Shown: positions 37,145 through 49,812 of the stretch, piece by piece
How the letters are laid out: each line of letters starts with the position of its first letter
Position numbering within the stretch: the first letter of the stretch is position 1
NCBI RefSeq assembly: GCF_036971445.1
Contig: NC_091481.1
Location: forward strand, 65,410,001 to 65,474,000
Direction: 5' to 3'
DNA from: Narcine bancroftii
Lineage: Eukaryota
Length of the DNA stretch: 64,000 bases
The notes under the pieces: generated by a model
Databases searched by the model: none
What the model was told of the DNA's origin: nothing
What the model saw: the letters and a program-made list of their open reading frames with translations, nothing else
Position numbers and translations under genes: made by a program

Positions 37145-38095
37145 CTATTTATGGTAAGAGGGGATTTAAAAAGAAACCGAGGGGCATTTTTGCCCACAGA
37201 GGATGGTGGGTGTGTGGAGTGAGCTGCCTGAGGTAGTGGTGAATACAATGGGAAGGTTTGGAAGACATTTTGAAAAGTACATGGATAGGAAAGATTTAGA
37301 GGGATATTGGTCAAATGGGACTAGTTCCGGTAAGCAACTTGGTCAATGTGCACGGTTTGGGCTGAAGGGGCCTGTCTCTGTGCTGAGTACGGAAGGGAAC
37401 TGGGGAGTGGAGAAATCAGTGAAGGAGATCAGAGTGGAATTGATGTAGGGGAGTGGGAAGTAAGTGTTGAATGCCCCTATTGATTTCTGCTTTGTGGAAG
37501 AGGGGTTCGTTCATCTGGAACTCTTGATTCATTAGAGTCAAGAGATCATGTTGCAACCCTTCAAATCTCTGGTGAGACTACACTTAGAGTATTGTGTTCA
37601 GTTCTGGTCATCTCATTACAGGAAGAATGTGGAAGCTAATGGAGAGGATGCAGAGGAGATTTACCAGGATTTTGCCTGGATTGGAAAATAAGGTTAGCAG
37701 AGCTGAGGCTTGGAGTGATGAAGGAGACTTAATAGAGGTCTATAAAATTCTGAGAGGCATAAATAAGGTGGACAACCAGCGCCCTTCCCAGGGCAAGACT
37801 AGCAAACTCCAGAGGACACCTATACAAGATGAAAGGAGGAAGGTTTAGAGAAGACATCAAGGTTTTATTTTAAATATACAGAGTTCTATGGGCCTGGAAT
37901 GACTTGCCAGGGATGGTGGTGGAGGTTGAAACATTGGGGGCATTTAAGAGACTCTTAGATAGGTACATGGATGAAAGAAAAATAGAGGGTTACAAGGTAG
38001 GATGGGTTTAGCATTTTTTTTGGTAGGAACATATAGATTGGCACAACGTTGAAGGCCGAAGGGCTATACTGTGGTGTAATGTTGTATGCTCCATG
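37145..38095 (+). mobile_element. CR1 3' fragments (two)
   Basis: VGVWSELPEVV; LVRLHLEYCVQFWS...ERMQRRFTRILPG...GDLIEVYKILRG. Confidence 0.8.
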
Positions 38096-38621
38096 CTCTC
38101 TCTCGCTATCTCCACAGATGTTGCCTGGCCCTTCTGGCTATTTCCAATCTCTCTCTTTTTGCCAGGATTTGAGCAAGGAGGCAGAAAAAAATTGTCAAGA
38201 TATTCAAAACCGAGATGTCCACACTGAAGCAGAGCTGGGGTCGAGGGCAATGGGGAACGGGCCAAGAATTGAGGCCCTGATTGGATCATCCGTGATGTCT
38301 GCGAGGTAGTCAGGTCAAGGGACTTAACAGCCCACTCCTGCTCCCATCTCATAACAACGTTTAACGTTTCTGGAAAGCAATAGATGGCTCAACGTTTTGG
38401 GCTGAAACAGCATACCAGGAATGCTGTGAATCTTTATTCCTGGAGAAGGGTTTTTGGCCTGAAACATTGACTACCTAATGCTTTCTATGGATGCTGCCTG
38501 GTCTTGGTAGTTTGTGAGTTGGTTTAGTTTTCCAGGATCTGCAATCTTTCATGTTTATCCTTGAACTTATTTCTCCCTCCTCCTCCTCTCTCCTTGCATG
38601 CTTCCTGTGGCCACCACAAAG

Positions 38622-38836
38622 AGCATGAGGCAGTACTATGAGGCCAGTCATGCGAGCAGCAAGAAGAGCGAGAGGAGCGAGAAGAGCAAGAGCGAGAAGA
38701 CCGAGGATTGCAGCGAGAGGTCCCAGAGCCGGAGAAGCAAGAAAAGCGGCTCCAGCAAAATGAGAGATAGCGAAGAGGAGACAGAGAGCATTCGTGACCT
38801 CTCGCAGGAGCAAGAGCCCTGGCCTCCTGTTGAGAT
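38622..38836 (+). CDS. GARIN/FAM71-family gene, coding exon 4 (S/K/E/R-rich linker)
   Basis: Long pyrimidine tract then acceptor caaAG, donor AT|GTGAGC, 215 nt (phase 0 to 2). Open frame SMRQYYEASHASSKKSERSEKS...PWPPVE with strongly coding-like codon usage. Confidence 0.75.
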
Positions 38837-40782
38837 GTGAGCATTTTTGTCTTCCCTGCTGCAGGTTTGGGGGGGGGGGGGGGGTCAGCGGTGCAGCCAG
38901 GCAGTAAGAGAGGAGGTATTCCCCGTCCGAGAATCACCAGGTGTGGGCTTGGAGTCCCACTCCAGTCTCTGCCGTGGTGTTGAGACAGCATGGGACTGTG
39001 ATGTGATGTGCAATTGAAGTGGTCCACGCTCTCTGAGGGAATTAAAAGGTTCCCCCCCTCCCCATTGAAGATGTCATGGGGTAGTGCATGAGTGCCACCT
39101 CCCTGCTGTTCTACCACTATTTATCAATCTGGTCAATCCGATGTGGGCAGCACAGTGGCACAGTTGGCTCCACAGCTCCAGAAACCCAGGCTCAATCCTG
39201 ACATCGGAGTTTGCATAATTTCTGTGACCACATGGATTTCCTTCCTCACATCCCAAAGCCATGCATGGAAGGTTGGGAGGTGAGTTGACTGCTATCTAGT
39301 GTCCTTCAAGTAGATGAGTGACAGAAGCAGAGGGGGGTTGATGAGAACATGGGGAGAATAGGACATGGGATTAGTGTAAAATGGGTGTTTGATTGTGAGT
39401 ATGTACTCCGTGGGCTAAAGGGCCTGTTTCAACCGTGAATGTCAATCATTCTGAGAGATGGCAGTAATTGCAGGTAAGCTCTGGACAATAATCCTCAATG
39501 AAGATTGTTAAAAGCAAATTATCTGCTCATTGTTGCTGATGAGGGTTGTTGAAAACAAATTGGCTGTGTCGTCCCGTTCCCCCCCCCCCCCCCCCCCCCC
39601 CCCGACAAGCACTGCAGAAGTACTTCAGGGGTTATAAAAGGCACTATGCAAATGCAGCTATTTTGGAGAAAGAAAATGAATTAACATTTCAGCTTGATGA
39701 AAGATCAATCTAAAACATAACCTCCATTTTTAAATATAAATATTTCATGGTAACAGGCCCTTTCAGCCCATGCCGCCCAATTAGATCCAATTGACTTTTA
39801 ATCCCCAGTAATTGTGAAAGGTGGGAGGATGTACAAACAGCGTTGTTTTGAACCCGGGTCGCTGGCGCCATAACAGGGTTGCGCTAACTGTGGCAACGTG
39901 ACTCTCTCCATGCTGCCCAATCTGCTGAATATTTCCAGTATTTGTTTTTAACCTCCAATTTAAAAAGATGCAATCAATGTACATGCAGTTTCTCTTGAAA
40001 GGGCAGACAGAGGTGGGTGAAAGGGACCTGAGAATGGTGGTGAAGCTGGAGGGATGGGCCCAGTGGGCAGAGACCTGAGAACAGTGGTGATGCTGCATGG
40101 GTTCAGGGGGCTGGAGAAGTTGTGGGAGAGATTCTGGGATCAGAGTCAAGGCATTGAAGGGAATTGGCAAAAGAATAGGTGGCACAGTTCATGTAGTGGT
40201 TAGCACAACACTGTTACAGTGACACTGGTTCAAATCTGGCACTGTCTGTAAGGAGTTTGTACATTCTCCCCGTGTCTGCATGGGTTTCCTCCCACTGTTC
40301 AAAACATACCTGGATTGTAGGTTAAACGGTGTAATTGGATGGCACAGGGTCAAAAGGGCCTGTTACTGTGCTATATCTAAATTTAAAGAAAAATTATTAG
40401 GAAGGGTAGATGGGGGTTGCAGCAGTCCACAATGTGGTCTGGAAGGACAGCAGAATGGGTTGGAGAAGGGATTGGAAGCTTCCTTAGATGGATAAAAACC
40501 TGAAGGGGAAGGATAGCGGCAGAGGGCTGGGACCCAACCTGAAAGGTCCTTCAAAGAGTTATCATGGATGGAAAAGGCTGAATAACCTTCTCCTGCAGCT
40601 TAAGTACCACAGATTGTCAGTAGAATCTCCCACTCGATCATTTAACTTATCTTGACATCAAGAGATGGTCACCAACTCTCAGTCTGTCTCCATTCTTTGC
40701 CCTTGTTCTTAGGTAGTCACAGATTTAATAGAATCACGTTTGTTGCAATGCAAATTTAACTCCGTTATGCTTTATCCCACAG

Positions 40783-40802
40783 GCCACAGAAGAAGACTCG
40801 AG
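40783..40802 (+). CDS. GARIN/FAM71-family gene, 20-nt micro-exon 5
   Basis: tttatcccacAG|GCCACAGAAGAAGACTCGAG|GTATGG. Phase 2 to 1 exactly bridges exon 4 and the last exon (M-PQKKTR-G). Confidence 0.7.
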
Positions 40803-41555
40803 GTATGGCATTCGACTGACAGAGGTTCTGTTGTTGGGTAAAGAATGAGTAGGAGAGTGGCAGGGAGCTAGTCAGATCCTTCAGAGTTGACCCTGAGGTC
40901 CTGATAGCAAGAGACATTGGAACTGGACCATCCTGTGCAAACATCTGGGTGTCTATTCCAACCTTGAGCTATTCTCAGCCATTGTCTTCTTCCCAATTCT
41001 TAAAATGTGCTTCATCCCCAGTTAGAAGGTTGTCCTTCTCCACATGTGCCGGCAGACCCTCAATTCCCACTATTTTCTGATTTTTCAGAGAACTTGTGGC
41101 AAAAACTTTCACTTCACTCTTCTCTAATTCGTAATGACCTGGAGATCAGGTCTCGAGGCTTCAACTGCTTCTTTCTTTGGGGGTCCTCTGCATTGATCAA
41201 ATGGAGTAATTTTTTAAAACATACAGCATGGCAACAGGTCATTTTTGCCCAGAAGTCTGTGCCACCCAATTTACACCTTACTAACCTACACCCCCAGTAA
41301 TTTTAAACGGCGGGAGGAAATCAGACCCCCTGGGAAAAACCCATGCAAACACGGGGAGAACGTACAAACTCCTCACAGACAGCGTGGGATTCAAACCCGG
41401 ACCCAATCGCTAGCGCTATAAAGGCATAAAATGCCAACCGTGCTGCCCAAATCAGTTTTGCCATGGTTGTCATGACAGCCACCCACTTTATGCCATCAAT
41501 GAAGGTCCCCAAATTCTTGTGGTGCTTGAGCAAATCTCTTCTCTTTTCTTGCCAG

Positions 41556-42049
41556 GGCCAATAGGTTTCAACTTCTTCAAGGGAGACAAGGGTTCCAAAG
41601 AGAAGGCTCTGAAGGAAGGCCATAAAGCCAGGCCAGCGTCTGCTCCTCTCCCAGTTAATGAGGAGAAACCAAAGCTAGAGGAGGACAGGGAGGGAAAGGG
41701 TGACAGGGAGGAAGGCAAAGGAAGGCAAGAGAAATCCAAAGGCAAGGGGGACAAAGCGGAGAAAGAAAGGAAGAGGAAGGATAGGGAGAAGGAGAGAGAG
41801 AAACTACAGAAACAGAAGGAAAAGGAGCGGCAGCTTAAGGAGAAACAGCAAGAAAAAGATGACAGGAAGCAGAAAGGGAGGGAGGAGAAGGGCAAGGTTA
41901 AAGAGAAGAGGCAACAAGAAAAGGAAGAGAGGCAGCGGAAAAGGGAGGCCAGGCAGAGGGAGAAAGAAGAGAAGAAGCAGCGAGAGCGGGAAGACAGGAA
42001 GCAGAGAGGGATGGAGGACAAAAAGGTCAAAGAGAAAAAGAAACAATGA
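41556..42049 (+). CDS. GARIN/FAM71-family gene, last coding exon (K/E/R/Q-rich helical tail)
   Basis: Acceptor ctcttttcttgccAG, phase 1, open to TGA at 42047-42049, with AATAAA about 160 nt downstream. Confidence 0.78.
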
Positions 42050-42211
42050 AGGGCAAAGGGAGTGATTCGTGGAAGTAACGGGTGGGAAAGCAGTTTGAAA
42101 TGGGTCGGGTTTAACTATTGATACAAAGTAAGTGGTGGATTCAATGCAGAAACATGGCAAAGACAGGTGTTTAAATGTATCAAGAGATCTAAAGGATCCC
42201 TGTCACGAGGG

Positions 42212-42217
42212 AATAAA
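42212..42217 (+). terminator. Polyadenylation signal of the GARIN-like gene
   Basis: AATAAA followed by a U/GU-rich stretch (ttattttggttttg). Confidence 0.6.
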
Positions 42218-42764
42218 GTGCTTTCTTGCAATTTATTTTGGTTTTGACAAAAGATTAAAAGCCATACAACCCTATCTACACGTTTCCCATTCTGTGAAGA
42301 CACAAATCTTTTAGTTCCACGTGTCGACTGTGATCAGTGTGTGAGAGACTATCTTCCTTGAGCTCCCAGTGCATCAACTCCCCTGACAATTTCTCTCTTT
42401 TGTGATGTCACTTCTTGTTTTGGGAACACTCAGTTGAAAACTTCAGTTTAAAGTTTTTAATATCTTTCAGATCTCATTCATATTTCTTCACCCTATTGTG
42501 CCAGAGTGGAACCAAAGAGACTCTCCCAACTCACAGGAGGACTGGCCTGCTCACGTTCATCAATGTTAAGCATTCATTTGGTAATTCTTCAAATTGCAAA
42601 GTGTACACCTGCAGCAAAAGTACACCCAGTGTGTTGGTGTTCATTCTCTGTACAGCTGGGATGGCCAGCATAGCTATTTGCTCTCAAAATGGATTTTGTA
42701 TTTTATCTATGTACATGGGTGAAATGCTCGACGTACCTACATCAAGCAGAGCACTGTTCCCCCT

Positions 42765-43648
42765 TAGGGCAATGTGCTCAGCCCACTACTGACCCACAAC
42801 AGCATCTCTAGATCCAGCTCCAACAGTGTCATCAAATTTGCAGATGATACAACAGTCGTTGGCTTCATCAGCAAACAATACACTACAGAGAAGTGGAAAA
42901 TCTTGTGGAATGGTGCAAGGGTAACAACCCGAGTCTCAATGTTAGTAAGATGAAGATTGTGGACTTGAGGTAGACCACGAATGACTACCCTCCACTGCAC
43001 TTCATTAACTTCCAACAACTCTGTAGTGGAGAAAGTGGAGAGCACCAATTTCCTTGGAGTTCACTTAAGGAGTGACCTATCGTGAACACTCAGTATCCCC
43101 TCACTTGTCAGGAAGGCCCAAGAGAGACTGCACTTCCTGAGAAGACTCAAACGAGCAAGGATACAGGCCAGTATTGTGTCAATCTTCTATAGGAGCTCAA
43201 TTGAGAGCATCTTGGCTGGCTGCATCAGTGTGGTATGGATCAGAGGTCAATCCACAGCATCATAAGAATGGCAGAGAATCACTGGAGTCATTTCCACCCT
43301 CCCCCCACCATCGATGTGATTTACTGCAATTGTTGTCCAAAGATTGCACATAAAATCATTGAGGACCCTTTCCACCCTGCACACAGCTCCACCGGTCGGG
43401 GAAGAGATCCAGGACGATCAGAGCCTGCACCACCAGGCTGAGGAACAGCTTCTTCCCATGGGCAGCGAGAACACTGAACAACCAAAGGAACTGCTCACAC
43501 CGACCCTCCAAAAAACTATTTATCTGTATATATGAATACTTGTCCTGCAGATGTATTATTTGTCTGGATGTGTCTGCACATTTTGCACTTGAGGACAGAG
43601 AACATTGTTTTGTCAGGTTGGACTTGTAGATGACAATAAGCTTGACTA
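42765..43648 (+). mobile_element. Rex1/Babar-type LINE RT fragment between the two genes
   Basis: GQCAQP..SVIKFADDTTVVG..SSIESILAGCI, tail acaataagcttgact. Confidence 0.8.
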
Positions 43649-44249
43649 ATCAAATGTGTGCATTCAGCATTTCCTAAACACCAAGCATTAACCAATAACT
43701 CCTACATCGCAGTATTAATCTATCACCACCCTGTGACTTTCAGAGGGAATTGATATAATAACCTCTTCCTACTTAGCCTTGGAAATCTGTCATCATGTCT
43801 GCCTGGTTTCCTTTGCAGGACAGCCCTGTAACCCTTGGCTCATATGTTCATTTGCCAAGCTTTTTTCAGGGCAAACTAACATGGTTAAAGCCCTGTTCTA
43901 CAATATAAGGAACTAACCCTGGTAGTTCTATGAGTGTACTCCATATGGTGACATGATCATTAATTTTAAGAGCAGAAATAGGATGAACAGGCCATTGAGT
44001 CTGCCTCACCATTTAATCATGAGCTGATTCCCTTTGCCACCACTCAGCCCCCACTGCCCGGCCTTCTCCCCATAACCATTGATGCCCTGGCTAATCAAGC
44101 ACCTATCAATCTGTCTAAATACACCCAATGACCTGGACCCCACAACCGCCTGTGGCAACAAATTCCTCTGGGTGAAGGAATTCCTCCGCATCTCTGTTCT
44201 AAGTGGACACCTTTCAATCCTGAAGCTGGGCCCTCTTGGCCCACAGACT

Positions 44250-47200
44250 GACAAAATATGTTTTAGGTTTATATAGTCGGTATAAGTACAAAAGACACCA
44301 ACTAAACGACTGCTTCATAGGGAAGGGAGCCTGTAAACTTGGAGCAGAGTGCAAGAGGGCCACAGCGAAAAAAAAATTGAGAATGGGTGCTTATCAAACG
44401 GGATGTTATAATCTGCAAGTCTGTCATAATGAAATGTTAAGTGGAGAACAAAATGCCAGAAAAGTCCAATGTGATTGTATTAACTTTTATACTGAAATCT
44501 GACAAAAAAACACAAAAAAAATACAATCAAAACATCAATCCAGCTAGTATCAAGTCATTTTCTTAAAAAGTCAGTTACTGACAGTTTGCTGTAGATGTCC
44601 ACAGTGACTTCAAAGGGGTCCTGCTGTACTCTGGGTTCGCCACAAAAGATGCACAATCAGGAATCCTTTTCTTTGTGCTAGTGTGGCACACACAAATGGG
44701 CCATTCACATTACATTCTAAAAATCCTGCAGCAAGAAATATCTGCAAGCATGCATCTGGTTATTTTTACTCAAAACATTTTTCAGAACGAGGTTGATATG
44801 TTTCAGGGTACAGGTTTGGAATATAGAAGAGTTCAAAGTATTGGGAATTTACAACATGTATATCGTAAACTTCCAAGTTCCAATGCTAACTGTGTTTTTA
44901 AAAAAAAGCATTGCAATGATAAGCAGAATGACAAGTACTGTGCTCCTTTTTAAAAGAACTAAAATGAGCACATGGAACTCCTTCCCATAGGTCTTTCATC
45001 TATGCATAGCTGCCAAAAAAATAAGCTATCTTTCCCACCATGAAATCCCTGGACTGGATATCAATAAATGTTTTCAGACAGTTCTTTTTCACTTCATTAA
45101 GATGCCATCCAATGTTATTAAACTGTTGTACAGCACTCTGTAAAAGGCTGCTTTTGAAGTTTCACAAAAAGATGGCCTGAGATAGGGATGGCCTTTGGTA
45201 GCTTCTGCATTCATGTGAGAAAATGCGCGCAAATGTAAGCAAATCTTAAACCGAAAGCATTTCACAGCAAGATTTTGGTAGAAAGTATTTGGAATGGGCT
45301 GACCCTCTTGTTTAATCAGCAAAACAAAGACAGACAAATTCCATTATAGCATTTTAATCATTTAAGACCTAGTCAACCAAGTTCAGAATTGAGAGCTTGA
45401 AAATCCAAATTAAACACCAGAGCTACAGGTGTGGCTAGCCTAACCATGCTAAAAACTTCATTAAACTGAGGTGAATTTTCTAACCATCTCTGTAAGGTGA
45501 CACTTTTCTGACCTTGCCAACATTAAAATGCAGAAATATCTAGCCTTTGTGTCTTAGTATCGGTCACGATCATTGGGAAGCCAGAAAATGTATCTAATAC
45601 TTCCAGCTATTTTTCAGTTCTATTAACTGAAGTTAGGCTATGGAGGAAGAGTCTCTAAAGGATGCCATGTGATGTCAGTAATGATTTGGGATTGAAGTCT
45701 GAAATTTCAGTGCAGCTGGATTCCTCTAACTGATTCTATCAGAAATATACCCCATTAAAAAAAAACTTATTTGGAATAACAAGTAGGAAGAAATATATTG
45801 CAATCTTACTACCCTGGAGGATGTAGCCCCAGGAATATCTCTACATGAAACAGACATCTGCTGGGCCAAGCAGGGAATTGATGAAATTCTCATTCATTTG
45901 GAGAATTAACTGGCAATTAGACATAAAAGGCCTCAGGCAACAGAACAAACTATATTAGTTGCGACCACAAAATTCCAGGATCATGACTCCCATCCCCTTT
46001 TAATTTCATATCAGGCAGACACAATGAACTTGATAATTGTTAGCATTTTAAACATTAATACAAACATTAAGTTATGCTGTGAGCAAGGTCAATGTCACTT
46101 GAGTCATGTCCTTTAATACAAAATCTGTTTGTCAGATAGCAACACACTAGGTCTGAGAGTGTTAGAGACGGCTTACATTAGCAGGAATGTTTCTCAACTC
46201 CATCATCCCAAGGAGAGCAGGGTCAAATGATCTGTTGAAATAACACAACACTAACCTGATCAAAGCACTAAAACTCCCATTATAAATGAATGCCCTCATG
46301 CACCATGGGTTGTTATTTTTACATTTGATAAGATTTCTCTTCTGCCAAGCATCATTTCCCATACGAGCAGATTACCGATTAGAAAATGTCCCTCAAGGAG
46401 GTAAATGCTTGCAACCAAATGGTCTCTTGAAGCAATGATTATTTAAACCAAATTCTACTGTCCACGAGCAAGGTACATATGGCCAGTATCAGCAACAAAT
46501 GAAGTTTGATCAGTTACTTTGCTAGGGCTCTGTCAGTTTTCTGTAGCTTCAAACATTGCAAAAGCAAACTTTACAGACAATATTTACAGACAATACTCTG
46601 AGCACTGCAGCCTGTCCAATCAGTTAAACTGTTTTATCACAGATCAAAGAGATCAGAAAGTTAGATAATGCCTAATGAAACTTCGGACACTGCTAGTTCT
46701 TTGGATGATGGTTGTCAGAACTTTGGGGTCAATCTTTACTTATCTCCTGAACATCAGAAAAGATGTGCACAACAGAGATGCAACTCAAATAAGGTGTTCT
46801 TCAAAAGCATCAACCACAGGAGGAAAAGAAGCTTCAAAGCAAGAGCGTACACCACTTAATCTATTTCACACCCCAAATCCTGTCATATTTTGAAGGATTG
46901 TTTTGCTGCAATGTAGAATGAACCCTACGAAGTCAATTAAAACTGAGATATAACCTCCTGCTGTCAGCCAAACTCTTCCTGGTATATCATTTCTTATATT
47001 GAAACGCATTATAGTATGAGGTTTCACCTTATTTCTCAAGGTTCTCCTGGTACAGGGGCAAACACAATTAGCGATACATGCTCTAGACGCTACATTAAAG
47101 CAGCAATAATGTGGTCCCCATTGACTGTGAGCCTGTTGATCAAAACTGACCAGTGCGCATCAATTAGTTACGACCGCTGCTTCCTTCCACACTCCTCCCT

Positions 47201-47882
47201 ATAACTGCCCAAATCATTTCTTACATTGTTCAATTTTCAGTTAGTAGACAAGATCCTTTCCTTAAAAAGCAGATCTCTGCCTCACTGCCATGAAAGCTTC
47301 CTGACGACTGAGTTCAAAACAAAGATCAACCTGACAAAAACAAACTTAATTTCTGCTCACCTCTAAACTGTTTCCCCCTTCCTCACTCATGCCTTCTGTA
47401 AAACAAAACGAGTTCTGATGATGTAGTTTATAATCAGTACCTATATCTTGGTGAAAACCTTTTTCCAGTCACAATAACTTATCATTGCAATGCAAGACAT
47501 AAAGTAATAAATGCACTGAAAGGGATTCAATGAATAACTGTTGACATCACTGGATATCTAATGAAAGAAATTAACAGTACATGACTTATAAGAAATGGAG
47601 GTTTTGTTGCTGTTCCAACACTGGTTTGACCCCCCTTTTCTGATTTGTATCAATTTTTGTAGTTTTACTTGACTTTTTTTTTGTCTTTGTTTTTAAAAAA
47701 GTTCCCAAATTTGGTGAGCTGGTTAAAGCTCATCCTCCAAACCAGAATAAAGGACAGCAGGCCTCCTCCCCGACCCCACTCTGCTGCATTTTAAGCCTGA
47801 CCCATCGTAGAATCTCAGGAGCACTGCAGTCATTCATCTCCGGTAGGTCAGAGGGGAGAAGAGGCCGTCTCCACCACAGATA
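44250..47882 (-). other. SRSF3: Probable long SRSF3 3' UTR
   Basis: About 3.6 kb of AT-rich sequence with no recognisable TE directly after the stop. U-rich tracts and variant TATAAA signals on the - strand near 44485 and 44270. The end point is uncertain. Confidence 0.55.
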
Positions 47883-47910
47883 CTACTTTCTCTCGATGGA
47901 CCGGGAGCGA
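47883..47910 (-). CDS. SRSF3: SRSF3 last coding exon
   Basis: ctccatgcAG|T CGC TCC CGG TCC ATC GAG AGA AAG TAG = (S)RSRSIERK* (human SRSRSNERK*). Confidence 0.93.
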
Positions 47911-48141
47911 CTGCATGGAGGAAAAGATAAAAGATCAGGTGTGAGATGGAAAACAAACACTCGAGGAAAAATTTCACCCTAACATTGAGAAACTCCTGAC
48001 CCCAGAAGATATTATGGAGGCTTTGGTGTTATAAAATTCACAAGAATGGCAGTCAATTCAATAAGCTAAGCTGAGGCTGAATCAGTTTGCAGCTATATGA
48101 AGATCCTGATTTACTGCAAAGACCACAACCATTGTTATTTT

Positions 48142-48382
48142 ACCTTTTGGACTCTGTGCTCCTGTTTTCAGGGATTACCAACAACCACATGTACTCAGTG
48201 TCCCGGTTTTCCGGGACTACCAACAGTGCATATACTCCCATGTCCTGGTTTTCAAAGACTACCAACAAGCACATATACTCTGTGTCCCTGTTTTCCACGA
48301 CTAGTTTTATACCCAATCACCAGCTGGTTCATACTGTAGTTTACCCATGGACCCAGTCCAGAGAAGGTTAAAAATGGCTGGA
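48142..48382. mobile_element. piggyBac-like MITE with an internal 42-bp tandem expansion (3.5 units, about 48160-48303)
   Basis: Starts ttttaCCTTTTGGAC; unit cctgttttccgggactaccaacaagcacatatactctgtgt. It is an inverted homologue of 50792-50931. Confidence 0.6.
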
Positions 48383-49725
48383 GAACAAAGAATTAATTAT
48401 TGAGCAAATACAAGTGACAACTACTTTTGGTCGATATGATGATCTCAGCATCTAATCTGGAGTAGCTGCAATCTGTAATTATACCACACCTTTAACATAG
48501 AAAAAAAATTCCTGCAATTTTCTCAGAAAAGTATTCGCAGCATTCCTCATAGCAGAGGAACACGTCAGGTGAACTAGCTTGATGAGGCAACTTAGAACCA
48601 TTCACAAAATACACTACAGTGATTTGCCAAGACTTCAACCCACACAGCTCTCAAATCTGCAGGCCCTAACAAGAACAGTGCCCAAAAGACTTGAAAATAA
48701 ATCATTGTTGTTCTATTGTCACTGGGCCAAAATCCTTGCACAACACTGGAGATAGAATTACAAGGGCTCTGTTGGTTCTAAAGGAAGTTGCTTCTCCAGA
48801 GCAACTCGGGATGTGCATCAAATGCTTGGGCTGGCTTTGACAAGAATACCAACATCCTGTTAAGAATCATACAGCACAGAAGTTGAGGAATTAACTTAAA
48901 AGGTTTAGGGCCTAGAAAGCCAAAAGTATGGCCAAAATGGAAAGGCAAAGGAAGGCTTTTGTAAAAGAGAGCTTTTGGAGTTCTAGCCTACACCAATCCA
49001 GCATCAAGCTCTGCAAACTTAATGACGAAGCAACCAAACCAATTTTCAGTCAACAACGACATTAACTGTACTCACAAAATGAAGACTGGCATCCCCTTGA
49101 TATTACTGTATTCCACATACACTTGGAAGATACCCAAATTATCACCGCCACATGGAACAAACTGGTGTAACCTGGTTATCTTCGCAAAAGTATCATTATA
49201 ATCTTCATGCTGTGCACCAGAACTAACTCTTAATTTTCTCTGTCCTCCTCCCCATTCAATTATTGTTTTTAATTACAGACAGTCACAATTTGTTCAATGG
49301 CATGCTCTTATCTGTTTGTTGTGACAGTCTCTTTGCATGCTATTTATCACAATATCAGCAACAAACTATTAAACAATTATCAAATGAGTGGTCAGGGACA
49401 ATTTTAAACAAGCAGAAACATTCTGCCCTAAACAAACAGCTTTCTTGCTGTTTAGTGCTCTGTCTTGCTAGTTTTGACAATGCTGGTCATTTCACACACT
49501 CATCTGAGATTTATTTTAAAATGACATCTTGCATCTACCTAATCTGACAAATTTATCCTTTCAAAACAGTATAATGTCTGAATTTTTAAGCTAGTGAAAC
49601 CATGATTAAAAAAGTGCCCCTTTTTGACAAGCAGGCATGCAAGTTTAAATATAGAAGAATCCAAGCCATACTGCAAAGGAGCACACTGAGAAGGAAATTA
49701 CATTAAGAAATTCAACAGCACTAAC

Positions 49726-49812
49726 CTATGCGATCTGGAGAAAGATCTTGATGGCTCCCGTCTATCCCGTGAAAGCGAACGCTCACGTCGCCTGTTCTCC
49801 CTGGAGCGAGAC
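49726..49812 (-). CDS. SRSF3: SRSF3 RS-domain exon (87 nt)
   Basis: cactatAG|G TCT CGC...CAT AG|GTTAGT. Encodes [28 protein letters not shown], matching human [28 protein letters not shown]. Confidence 0.95.

Noticed and set aside
41488-42160. Antisense Leu/Phe/Ser-rich ORFs resembling membrane proteins
   Set aside because: They are shadows of the purine-rich GARIN last exon.
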